Positions 38,501 to 50,833 of a stretch of DNA of 64,000 bases are shown here, piece after piece. Under the pieces are notes generated by a model. The model saw nothing but the letters and a program-made list of their open reading frames with translations, was not told where the DNA came from and did not search any database. This stretch comes from Amoeboaphelidium protococcarum X5 (lineage: Eukaryota > Fungi > Aphelidiomycota). The DNA is taken from the NCBI GenBank assembly GCA_023515725.1, contig JALDTO010000098.1, positions 1,390,164 to 1,454,163 on the forward strand, given 5' to 3'. The translations under genes were made by a program, and so were the position numbers. Within the stretch, counting starts at the first letter, position 1; each line of letters starts with the position of its first letter.

Positions 38501-38830
38501 ACCGTGTCCGGCCAGTTCAATTTTGTCAATATTATAATCAGACCCACTAACAAGTCAGGTTGTTTCAAAGTTCTGCTGCAGAAGAGGTCAGATATGCCAG
38601 CATTCAGTCCACTATGTGAAGAGAAGATATTTACAGAGCTGCCAGATCTGGTTTCTTTCGTCAGACACATTGCCATCTAGGCTAATATATTTGCTCAAGT
38701 TTGTCTCCAGCTTCTTGGCGTTGGACTCTCTCGGAATAGCAATAGCAATAAGCGTCTCGAGTATGTAGATTCCCGGGTAGAAAGGCTCCGGTAAATACGT
38801 CGAATTATAAACAGCTCTAGTAATTAATGA
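35507..38830 (+). CDS. TSC2: Tuberin-like Rap/Rheb-GAP protein (start uncertain)
   Basis: VLDR..HKIAVLYVG..EILSN..GS, FTGGLD, FHVATLMP, KKRHIGNDFV, GQFNFV. Confidence 0.85.
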
Positions 38831-38902
38831 CATACTCTCAAACATATAATTCTAGGCACGGCTTATTGATATTCCTTAAATAAAATGCTCTTATTGTTAA
38901 AA

Positions 38903-41585
38903 GTGCAAAGTGCAAAAACGGAAACCGTTAAGGTTGACGTTGGAAGAATGCGCGAGCGATCGAGCGCGCGACGGTGATCTCGCAGAAAACAGACAAGTCA
39001 GTTGTTTCAAACAAATCCTCAATGATTTTGCATTAAACTTTTTGTATTAAATCCACTTTCAATCTCAGTCTCCATATTATCTGTCTTGTTCAAATACTAC
39101 ACTCATCCATGGTACCAGAGCAATTGTTTGTCTTGAAGCTAGTTGGTTTGAAGTTCCCCCAATGTGCGATGAACTTATCCAAATCACCGCCAAAGTGCTT
39201 TCTCAGACATTTCATGATCGGGCAGTATTGCTTCACGTAGAATGATTTGGCGCCAGCTGATAACCCGACGGTTGAGCCAGGATCATCCACTGCAAGAATG
39301 GCCTCCAACTTCGCCATGGCAGTCTTCGCTTTTCTCACTTTCTCTCTCCCAGGCATATCATTCACAACTTCATCCTACTGAACAGCTGTGATGGCAGGTA
39401 CAACATCAGCTACGTCAGTGTCTTCTTCATCGGATTCATAGAGTTCATCATCAGAGTGAACCGCAGCTTGTTCACGTAACTATCTGGAAGAAGATTATTG
39501 AGAAGTCAGAGTAGATTTTGGCTACTTCAACTTAGCTGATTGAGTGGCAGCAATCAATCCATTCGCATAAAGCTCAAGCATCCTACGCAGCTCATTAATC
39601 TCCTCCGGAGTGGCATTAGGTGCAATTTCTTTCAACTTTGCCTCAATAAGCTGCAGCACAGTCTCTTTCTTCTGCAACTGGAGAAGTGCATCGTAAATCA
39701 CTCTAGGTCCACCAACTGCATCAACATCAGATAATCCACATAAGCTACGAACAATCTCTTGACTCACCTGCTGCAGACAAAAATTGCCTCTAGAATGGGC
39801 AGCATTCAGACTGCGAGCCATCTATAGCTACTCACAGTAGGCTGATCTGAATTTGCTTACCACGGAAGACACGTCCAAACGTCTAGTCTTCGCTAATTCT
39901 AGCAAATAGCTAGCATCCTTCTTATACAATGCGGCATTAGCGGACGAAGCGTGTCGCGCACTCTTAGTGATGTCAATCTCTGATCCCATTCCCCAAACAG
40001 CAAGCAAATAGCCAGTCTTCCTACTAGTGTGCGTACCAAATTTACCATCGGGATTGCCGGTAGCAATCTTACAAGCTTTCTGATACTGCCTATGATAAGA
40101 TACGTAAGAGATGTTGTACGCCGCATGCCCAACTTGCTTCACAGCATCCAGTGTACTCTCTTGAGGGAACAAGAATCCAGTTCTAATCCCAGAAATAAAA
40201 ATCCACGTCAAAAGCGCACGAACCGGGCACAATTCGGGCACATCATAATCCGTCCAAAGAGTCAAGCACACTCTAACACGATCAGACTTGCCTTTAATGT
40301 AGAAAGCAAGGGAAGATATACTGCCATCACTTTGAAAGGTCGCAAGATCCTTGTTGAGACAATTTTCCAGCCTAGGATCATGAATTTTCAAATCGGTGAC
40401 TTCATCATTGCGCAGAAATAGCTTGATACTAACGATAATCATCGTCCACATCATGAATGACTTCGCATCATTTTTCGAGATGAAATACTCGCGGAGACGT
40501 AGTAATTCCCAAGGTGTGAGCGGCTAGCTGCCTTCGGACACGTAGCTGCATCCATCGCGGGAGTTCAATCTCTACATGTTAGTCATGAGGGAAGAATTCT
40601 TTGGATCTCCACCCAGCCAAATACGAGGAGCCATCGGATGGAACCGACAGCCAGATCTATCACCACGCTCAGAACGTTGGATGCACTCTTCGCAGATATC
40701 TCTGTACTCCCCCCTCTAATTACGACTATCATGCAGCACAGAGACAGCCGATAACAACTGGTCAACATTCTGTGGCATATTCCAACCACCCTAGCACTTG
40801 ATATCGTGCCCATAGACACATTTCACAGCGTTGCCATTCTCGTCTTTTAGCAAAGAACCCTTCTCATTACGCTTGAACTTGATAAACAAAATGATGCTCT
40901 TGGCGTTCATTGACGGTGTGTACTGCGGGGGGTTAGGAAGCAGCATTAAACTCGAGCTGTAGTCACCAATTAGCGCAAAAAAGTACCGCAATCCTCTGTA
41001 ATGCTTCTAGTAGGCTTACATACTATTCACAGCCAAAGGCCTACCGCCAGTGAGTGGCACAGATACGTCGGATCGAGTCAACCTCAGCAGCTTCAACGTC
41101 TCTCCAATGCCTTCATCCAGCTTATACTTGTACGCCGCTTCAATGCGATACACATGGCTGTTCTCCGACTTCTTGCGTCTCTTCACCTTCTTCGCCAACT
41201 GCTCATCATCCAGACCATCATCAGAGTCGTAATCGTCGTCGTCATCTTCATCTTCATTCTCCAGCTACCTATTGAAAGCAGCACTGACTTGAGCAGAACT
41301 TTGTGAAGTGATATCAGCAGTTTGATTCATGCTAACAACACTTGTTTCAGCCTCGCACCCAGCCAGACCAGAACTTGAGGAGGCGGATACGCCGACACTA
41401 CTGCCAACACCAGCACACTCATCAACGGCTGGGATGCCAGTACTACTGTTGGAGGTGGTGATACCACCTCCAGATGGCTACGAGTCACTCTACACTGCTC
41501 TAGAACGCTTCCTGCCAGACATGCGAGACGGTCGAGATTGTAACAAAGCGAGTTCGGTGCGTTTCTCCGGGTGCAAGGTGCAAAA
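38903..41585 (-). mobile_element. Crypton-like tyrosine-recombinase DNA transposon (ends inferred from direct repeats)
   Basis: Single recombinase ORF, no RT; GTGCAA(A/G)GTGCAAAA at 38903-38917 and 41571-41585. Confidence 0.6.
39090..41522 (-). CDS. Tyrosine recombinase, 810 aa, intact
   Basis: One frame under TAR=Gln: FLRNDE (R), IKGKSD (K), LCPVRAL, GFLFP, THTSRKTG (HxxR), ARH, ALYKKD (Y). Confidence 0.9.
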
Positions 41586-41799
41586 CACTACCGGTGCAAA
41601 AGAAAACAAGCGTTTTATTTGTTTTAAAAGAGTCAGATACAATCCGATACTCTTCGGCCTTCGGGCCAAAGGCGGCGTCCCTTTGAGCTTTCTAGTGGCC
41701 ACCGAAGAGTGGTAAGCTCGACGTCTTTTAACCGCGAATGAATCTCATAGACATTTTAGATCAAAAAACATCATTATTAATGCCTTTAACCAAAAAGGA

Positions 41800-41880
41800 T
41801 GCGTTCTGTGAGACTCGAACTCACGCCCCCGAAGGGATTACCACCTGAAGATAACTGTATGGCCGCTAACAGAAGAACGC
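41800..41880 (-). tRNA. tRNA-Leu(CAG)
   Basis: GCGTTCT/AGAACGC-A acceptor, TTATC-TTCAGGT-GGTAA anticodon arm, long variable arm with TTCG loop, GTGAG-TTCGAGT-CTCAC T-arm, T5 terminator. Confidence 0.9.
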
Positions 41881-41905
41881 GATTTTTGGATGATTTGATA
41901 CTCTA

Positions 41906-42139
41906 GGACAGACTATAAACACAATAGGAACAAACGGGAAGCTATATACAAAGATTAAGAGTCAAACAGAGACACCAACAGAAGTACAGGAAGATAAAAT
42001 ATGCTAATAAGATAAATATTCTATTAACACGTTAAGTGGAAGAAATCAATGTTCATAAGAGGCGCGCACTTGAAACAATGTTGATCATCTAAGCCCCACA
42101 GAGTCAGTTGTTGATACTTGATCGACGCGTGTGCTAACA
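41906..42139. mobile_element. LTR-like dispersed repeat, copy 2 (25 bp upstream of tRNA-Leu(CAG))
   Basis: Homologous to 18178-18466; ends in CA; lacks the segment between the two aagaggcgcgc repeats of copy 1. Confidence 0.7.
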
Positions 42140-42495
42140 GATTTTTACGCGTTACTTTGGTATTATTCCATACACTCGCTTCTTCGAAAGGAAAAAGGTA
42201 ATTATTCGTGAGTGTGTGGTGAGTAGATGTCACCTTTGACGCTGTCCCAAATCGCCGACAAGCTCTAGCTTCACCAACTTTTGATATCTTATTACGCACC
42301 TCCAACGAATGATAGATCAAACATAACGTAACCAATTGAACTGGTTCATTAACGCAAAGGACAAGAACACACCTCTGATTGCAACGTCTTTACGCCAATC
42401 TTAATGACGAATGCTTTTATCAAAAAGAAAATCGCAAGGACTCTAGAATAAATAATTCGATCAAGTTAATAATGTTAATGAGAACATTAATCATT

Positions 42496-43164
42496 TCACT
42501 TTCTAAAGTATGTCAATGTCTTTCTGTTACGACGAATCTTCTTCTGTAATTGCAAGACTCCATAAAGAAGACCTTCTGCGGTCGGTGGACAGCCAGGCAC
42601 GTAAATATCCACAGGTACAATTCTATCACAGCCGCGTACTACAGCATAACTATAATGATAATATCCACCACCATTTGCACAAGATCCCATGGATATGACC
42701 CACTTTGGATTCGGCATCAGATCGTACACCTTTCGCAGGGCCGGCGCCATTTTATTAGTCAGAGTACCAGCGACAATCATAACATCACTCTGTCGAGGAC
42801 TGGCTCTAAACAGAATACCGAACCGATCCTGGTCATACCGACTTGCCGCCATATGCATCATTTCAACAGCACAGCAGGCAAGACCAAACGTCATTGGCCA
42901 GAAGGAGCTAGTTTGTGCCCAGTTGATCAATTTGTCGATTGTGGAGAGGGCATACTCGGCCTTGTTCCCTTGCTTCCACAGCGTCATATCGAACATATTC
43001 TCATTCGGATCTACGTAATTTACAGCCGGTCCGGTACGCATAGCTGGAGTACCACTACCACTTTATCCCGCACTTGTTGCCATCAGCGCCTTTTACAATG
43101 GTCTATATGGGACCAAGGCGTTCTTCGCCAACAATGACTTATTGAATAATTTAGTTGATAACAT
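42496..43164 (-). CDS. NDUFS7: NADH:ubiquinone oxidoreductase PSST subunit
   Basis: [41 protein letters not shown]; mitochondrial-type presequence. Confidence 0.97.
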
Positions 43165-43670
43165 AGTTATTGTCGTAAGTCTGTCAATATAGTTTTTATA
43201 ACTAGCTTCTATTCAATTATCGTGGTAAATAATAGAGAATAAAAAATTGCAGTACTAATGATGATGTTTGTCAGAAAAGAGCAACGAGAATCGAAAATTG
43301 ATCCGAAAAAAAAGCGGTGGATCAATCATTCGGGCACCAAGTCCTTTTAAAATTTTTTATCCATAAAGTAGTTGTTATGATAGTTTGTCTTATTTCAAAT
43401 ACGATTTTCAATGTGATTCTATACATTATTAAGTACTCAACAAAACTAGTCAACAATCTAATTACTCGTTTATTTTATTGCCAATCTTCCGAGCTTGTCT
43501 CGTTACCTTAAAAATACCAATTACTCTTGAGTGATTTTAGGCTTCGACCATCCTCATTGATATCACAATGAAAGGATGACTGGTCGTGTCACATCTCATC
43601 ATTGCATTGTATTCAATGCTTACTGACAGTGCTCTAATTCTTTCATCGCAATACTGATAATCATTTGAAA

Positions 43671-45885
43671 ATGTAGCCAAGCCAATAGCGTGAATTATCT
43701 GCGGCTGCAAAGAAAGTACTGGAAGATTTCAAAATTTAAGCATATCATCAAGATATTCCCGGATTTCTCTCGGTGTGTGGAAAGGTAATCAATGAGGTTG
43801 ATATTCGGATAGTCAAAGAACTTGGCGCATCATCATTTGCCGCGTTTGCTCCAGTATTTACCCCGTGGTATAATACTAAATCTGAATGGTTTGGACATTA
43901 CGTTTGGAATGGCAATACAGACGCGTTCAATTAACGACTGTTGTTGAAATGCACTGACAAGGACTGGCAAATACCGTAATGTCAATAAACAGAACACTCC
44001 TTAAAAGCAAAGTTCAATCCTAATTTGAATCGTAAAGACATGAGACAAAACGTAAGTGAGAGCCAGGAGAAGTAAAGTTTAGTCAGGTGCAACATTAAAT
44101 TGAGAATTTCATTGAATCCAAAATGCGAAATCAGTAGATTGCATGAGATACAGACTCTCTAATGGCTAAAAGGAAATATAAGCAGTAATAGTCGTCATCT
44201 AAGAGTTTGAAGAAGAAGAAAATTCTACAGCTTTCGGAATAGTCTCTAGTGGCATTGCAAAACATGAAACCAAAAGTCGGCAAGATGAAAAATCGGCGAG
44301 AGATTGCCGAACTGAATTAGTATGATCAGATGCGCTCGATTAATTTTCGTATATTCCCTGATAAGAAGTTCATACACAAATTCAATGAATGGCTGGATCT
44401 CAAGTTTCAAATGGTCAACTTCATCAAAAATATTTTGAATGTGTCCAGAGATTAAGGAGAAAAGGTGTCAATGCAAGCGCTAAGAAGCCATGTTGCGCTA
44501 AATTAAGTCAAAGTCAAGAAGTGCCGCGTGCCTGATGACGACCCAAGATTGCGTTGGATGCGAATGCCATCTACAGTGTAGGATGAGATTATCAATGCGA
44601 CTCGCACGTATTACTATGCGGCTCACGAGAAGTACGCAAAGGGCGATATCAAAGACTACAGTTTTATGCCAGATAGAGATGATGATCAGTTTTAGATGCT
44701 CCAGTTTCAAGCGTAAGATGCCCGTGTGGATCCAGATAGCAATCGCGTCCGCCTTCTGCCTTCATTTCTCAAGAGCTTTGGGAAACTGTATGCCAAGGAT
44801 CCTCTATTCTGAAAGTCTGGCAAGATTGACTACTGGTCCCGTTTCATCAAGTTTGGTTATGGCAGAGGAAGAGCGTTCAAGATCGAGAAAAGAAGCAAAA
44901 AGTTCTTTGTGATTGTTTCGTATGATGCCTCCTGTATATAAGGTCCATTCACTGATTGGTATTACTAGCAACTGCAAGATATGAATAATGCAGATGAGAA
45001 TCTTCAAGGTGCTAGATCATTCATAAGCCACCGTGATGCGCGTGCCGTTAAACTGGAAACACTTGCTCGTTGGATCCAGGTGTTAGAGTGAGCATGACCG
45101 TCTTCGATTTGGATCGTAAGTCATTCGTTGCGATTGCGCCTGATTTCAAGGAGCTTTATTAGAATAATAGTGAGTAAATTTCCAATGCATAGTCTCTGAA
45201 GGATTAGATGGATACTCGCGCAGCTGCTTTTCAAAATGGACAATTGAATCTGGAGGAGCATAAAGCGTAGAAGAAAGAATTATGGCACACCGTAATCAAA
45301 GAATAATGTTGTTCCTACTGCTATTGGAATTAGTCGTGCGTACACCAAATTCTCTGCATATGTGTCGAATTTGCATAACTGGATTGGCAACTTTTTAATG
45401 CGGCATAATGATCTAATCATTCTTGCCGAGTATCTGACAAGCAAGATGGTGAAGAAGCGGAGAAAGCGTTTGAATCTGCCTCCCGTTTTAAGTGATAAGG
45501 CCGATGTACTGATAACAGACTCGCGTGGTTAATAAAATTCTGGGCGTATTCTCCATAAAACCACGCGGAAGAATCTATTGGGTTTAGCCACTACAAGTGT
45601 CGTATGAAACTGATTGCAATGGCACAAGCTAATATATTTAGATCTGGAAAGTAAGTGCTCGTGACAACGGAAGAGTTTACGTCGAAACAACATCCGTTTC
45701 AGAATGTGCTCCATAACTGTCTTGGTGCTGATGAGTACTTCATGTTGGGTGACTTTCGTGCATATCGCGATAATGTAGGAGCTTATAATGTTATGTCTCG
45801 AAGTTTTTCTAAGGAAGAAGTGAAATTGGTTACTGCGAACTAAGTGGATTAGACAATATACAAGGAGTTCGTGATGTCCATGTGA
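43671..45885 (+). pseudogene. Decayed Fanzor2 / IS607-type TnpB-like nuclease
   Basis: MRSINFRIFP (WED/HTH), CSLDPGVR..TVFD (RuvC-I), LHNWIGNFL..DLIIL..TSKMV, SHYKCR, TEEFTSK, YRDNVGAYNV. In-frame TGA at 44144 and 44810 and about four frameshifts. Confidence 0.85.
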
Positions 45886-45889
45886 AGGT

Positions 45890-46115
45890 CTTGCAAGAGA
45901 CTCTATTGCGCCTTGCTTAACATCTGATCACTAAATCAAAGAAGTGTTTTGTAGTCGCTTATCATTATGGTCGTAATATACTATAAGTCTGCTATTAAGG
46001 GGCTATGTGGGGACCCCAATGAAAAGATTGCTGGAGCTTTTTTAAAGTGTACCAATGATCGATTAACCCACATGCGCATGAGAGTTTTGCGAAAGAAAAT
46101 ATATCACACTTTATG
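45890..46115 (+). ncRNA. Candidate Fanzor2 omega-RNA
   Basis: Closing helix 45891-45911/46074-46092 enclosing cttaa/ttaag (45916-20/45995-99) and atgtggg/cccacat (46005-11/46067-73). Confidence 0.55.
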
Positions 46116-46213
46116 TACACAAGTCACGATTAGTCTTTCCAAAGCGATCAACCACTACAACATATACTATACCCTTTTCTTTGCCGTACCGACAATATCG
46201 ACTACCAGAGTAC

Positions 46214-46442
46214 TGTAGATACGCTCGCGATAAGTAGCTAATTATCAGATCTGGCACACCATTCTTGCAAACACTGGAGCGTGACGTAACCTGCGAAAAG
46301 TAAGTTGGGTCGATCACATATGCAATATTGAAAATACCGTGTCAAAATTCATAGAAACATTGATCTGGTTTAGAATTGTTCAAATCGAGTCCCAGTTGCC
46401 TATGAAGACACACCGAAGATTCTCCAAGGAGCTTTACTAACA
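46214..46442. mobile_element. Possible third, diverged LTR-like element 35 bp upstream of tRNA-Leu(TAG)
   Basis: TGTAG...CTAACA ends, 229 bp; first ~25 nt resemble the reverse complement of the copy 1/2 ends; remainder not alignable by eye. Confidence 0.3.
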
Positions 46443-46477
46443 TAGATTGGGCGGCGCTTGAAAATCGATCATTGTGC

Positions 46478-46558
46478 GCGTTCTTCTGTTAGCGGCCATA
46501 CAGTTGTCTTTAGGCGGCATTCCCTTCGGGGGCGTGAGTTCGAGTCTCACAGAACGCA
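46478..46558 (+). tRNA. tRNA-Leu(TAG)
   Basis: Near-identical to 41800-41880 outside the anticodon arm; loop TTTAGGC; T6 terminator. Confidence 0.9.
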
Positions 46559-46734
46559 TACATTTTTGAATGCAGAGATGAACATCAGCTGTACATTCTT
46601 TCTGCGAGTGGAGACGTGATTAATGCTGATACGCGAGGTCATTCTTGAGAGAAGCTCGCCATAAGACAATTTCTGGTCTAGGTTTTCTTTCCTTCTTGAC
46701 AAATCGTAAAACGTATTCGAAAAATATTTGAACT

Positions 46735-48057
46735 ATGAGTGCACCGCCTTTTAAGCCTTCTGCTGAGTATCACGAGAGTGACGCTATGGACTAACCAGAG
46801 AAAGTCAAAGATTTATTGGAGGTTCCTACCGAAGAGGTACAGGTCAAGCTTGCAGACCCCACTCAACATTTGCTTAGTGCCAGCACATTCGAATCCATGA
46901 ATTTGCCACCTCCCTTGCTGAAGGGATTATATGCCATGGGTTACTAGAAGCCAAGTAAGATCTAGGAAAAGGCTTTGCCTTTATTGCTGACCACTCCTTT
47001 TAGAAATTTTATCGGACAGTCATAGAGTGGAACTGGTAAGACTGCTGCGTTTACTTTGGCATTGCTGTGTAGAATTAATCCCTCAGTGCAAAAGGCACAG
47101 GGAATTATATTGGCGCCAACAAGGGAGCTGGCTAATTAGATTCTGAGTGTAGTCAAAGCAATGTCTTAATTTACCCAGATCACTAGCGTTCTTGCCACTA
47201 AAGACTCTATTACTCCTGGTCAGACAGTGAATGACCACATTGTTGTGGGTACTCCAGGAACGCTGTAGGATTTGCTGCGCAAGAGAATTATTCAAGCAGA
47301 TGCCATCTAGGTGTTTATTATCGATGAAGCTGATGAAATGTTGGATAAACAAGGCATGGGAGACTAGACAATTAGAGTGTAGAGATTCCTACCTCCGAGC
47401 ACTCAAGTCGTGTTGTTCAGTGCAACTTATCGGGATGATGTGAGAAGATTTGCTGAACGTGTTGTACCTAACGCCAACATGATTCAGTTGAAGAGAGAAG
47501 AGCTTTCTGTTGATGCCATTCGTCAACTATACTTGGAGTGTTAGAATTCTAATCATAGATATCAGGTATTGTGTGATATCTATGGATTGTGCAACATTGG
47601 TTAGTCTATAATTTTCTGTGGAAGACGTGACACTGCTGATCAGATTGCTGCTAAAATGGCTCAAGATGGCCACCAGATCACTGTTCTACACGGTAAATTG
47701 GACGCTGCGGATCGTGATCGTATTTTCAACATGTACCGCACTGGACAGACGAAGGTTCTGATCACAACGAACGTGATGGCTCGTGGTATTGACATTCTGG
47801 ACGTTACCCTGGTAATTAATTATGATCTACCGACTGATGGGCGCGGTCGTCCAGACTTTGAAACGTATCTGCACAGAATTGGGCGGACTGGCCGTTTCGG
47901 TCGTCGCGGAATATCGATCAACTTTGTGTACGACGAGCAGAGCGCGCGCGTCAACGAGGAGATTGCCAAGTATTTCGGCAAGCCTATTGCTCGTGTTGGA
48001 ACTCAGGACTTGGCTTAGTTGGAGTCGGATCTAAAAGCTGCTCTGAAAGGAAATTGA
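46735..48057 (+). CDS. DBP5: DEAD-box mRNA export helicase Dbp5/DDX19
   Basis: [48 protein letters not shown]. Confidence 0.95.
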
Positions 48058-48246
48058 TTGCGTACAGATACTTTATACACTCTATCTTTTACCAATTTTT
48101 TATTTTATTTGAGTTGTCTTGCAGTTTTGTTGTTTTGATTTTGATGATTTTTGACTCTTTACGTTCGTTGAATGATCAATCACGACTATTTTCTCTTTTC
48201 ATCACCGCCGATTAGAAATTCTGCAAAACAACAATAACCGTGATAA

Positions 48247-49602
<1,356 letters not shown>

Positions 49603-49701
49603 ACTAACCATAATTATATAAATAAAAGGTGATTAATTAAAATCAGAATTTTAACTTTTATTTTGTGTATTAAAACTACAGAACTATAATCTAATTCAAA
49701 G

Positions 49702-50208
49702 TCAAATCTACTCCATTTCATAATCTTGACTCTGCTACTCTTACTGAACGACTCCAGCACGGACGAGCTCTTTGACGCGTTCTTTGCTTGATGGAGCGTG
49801 AATTAAATCGATTCCGTCTTTGATTAATTCCTTATTCGCCTGGAACTCCTTCTGATTTGTGCCGATCGGCCGCAAACGATTCTTGATGAACTGACTCTGA
49901 CGCGCCTCCCTGACCTCGAGCACTCTCTTCATTGCCACCAGTGTGGTCTGCATCTGCTCGCGATCGTATCTGACGGGAATATTTCTCCTCTTCTCAAACT
50001 CGAACGTCGAATCCACAACCATATCTTTACCGGCAGCCTTTCTGAAAGCCTTGGTCCACTTTACTTTACGCGGGTTTCTCTTCATTTTAAAGTTCTTGTG
50101 ACACTTGCGTCGACAGAATCTAAACACCTTACTGTCGTTACGCACAAACATCATACCATGGCCAGGATAGATTGTTGACGAGCAAAAGTAGCACTTTTCT
50201 AATCGCAT
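49702..50208 (-). CDS. RLP24: Ribosome biogenesis protein Rlp24
   Basis: [42 protein letters not shown]. Confidence 0.95.
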
Positions 50209-50385
50209 CTTCTTTTTATGATATTGAGACGAAATTTGCTATTTTGCTAGAATGAAAGAGGGATCGCTATGCTTTGATGAAACTTTTGACGCGTTTTCTC
50301 TAATCGTCTTTCAGTCAACCGAAAATTGTTGATCGTCGTCATTATCATCATCAATCTTCTTTATAGTATCGCTTAAACAATTAGA

Positions 50386-50801
50386 ATGGTAGGCGTATGA
50401 TATAAATTTCAACATAATTGCTAAATTATAATTTAATGTAGGCTACTCCATTTATAGCTGGTCTGGGAATAGCAGCTGCTGCGTTTGGTACGAGAGCAGC
50501 GTTGAGAGCGTATAAACAGCACGGTCATAAGTTATCGGGTGTTGCATCATAGATTAATTAGGGAATCAATAGTACTTTTGGAGCAAGTGGATATGCTAGA
50601 GGCGGATTTGAAGCCAAGATGAACAAGCGGGAGGCTGCATAAATATTGGGCCTAAGGGAGGCTGGCTTGACGCGTGATAAAATAAAAGAAGCTCACAGGC
50701 GAATCATGTTGTTAAATCATCCTGATCGAGGTGGATCGCCGTTTATGGCTAGCAAAATAAATGAGGCTAAAGATCTATTGGAGAAGACTGTAAGAAGATG
50801 A
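50386..50801 (+). CDS. PAM18: Mitochondrial import J-protein Pam18/Tim14 (ATG exon, intron 50389-50440)
   Basis: GGFEAKMNKREAAQILG, AHRRIMLLNHPDRGGSP..ASKINEAKDLL. Confidence 0.92.
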
Positions 50802-50833
50802 ATGATTTAACCGTTTATATGAACTTTGTATAA

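Noticed and set aside
38940-38990. attL/attR-style duplication of the tRNA end at the far side of the recombinase element
   Set aside because: Only about 10-nt imperfect matches, which are expected by chance.
39090-45885. Recombinase plus Fanzor2 as one composite transposon
   Set aside because: They are separated by a tRNA, an LTR-like repeat and a host gene; one is intact and the other decayed; no shared termini.
46500-46525. Reading the anticodons as UUA (Gln suppressor) or, at 41800-41880, UCA (Sec/Trp)
   Set aside because: That one-base shift destroys the anticodon stem; the paired register gives TAG/CAG with G37, a long variable arm and A73, all Leu-like.
41800-46558. The two inverted tRNA copies as terminal inverted repeats of one element carrying Fanzor2
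   Set aside because: Both fold as complete tRNAs with different anticodons and their own terminators, identity stops at the tRNA ends, and essential NDUFS7 lies between them.
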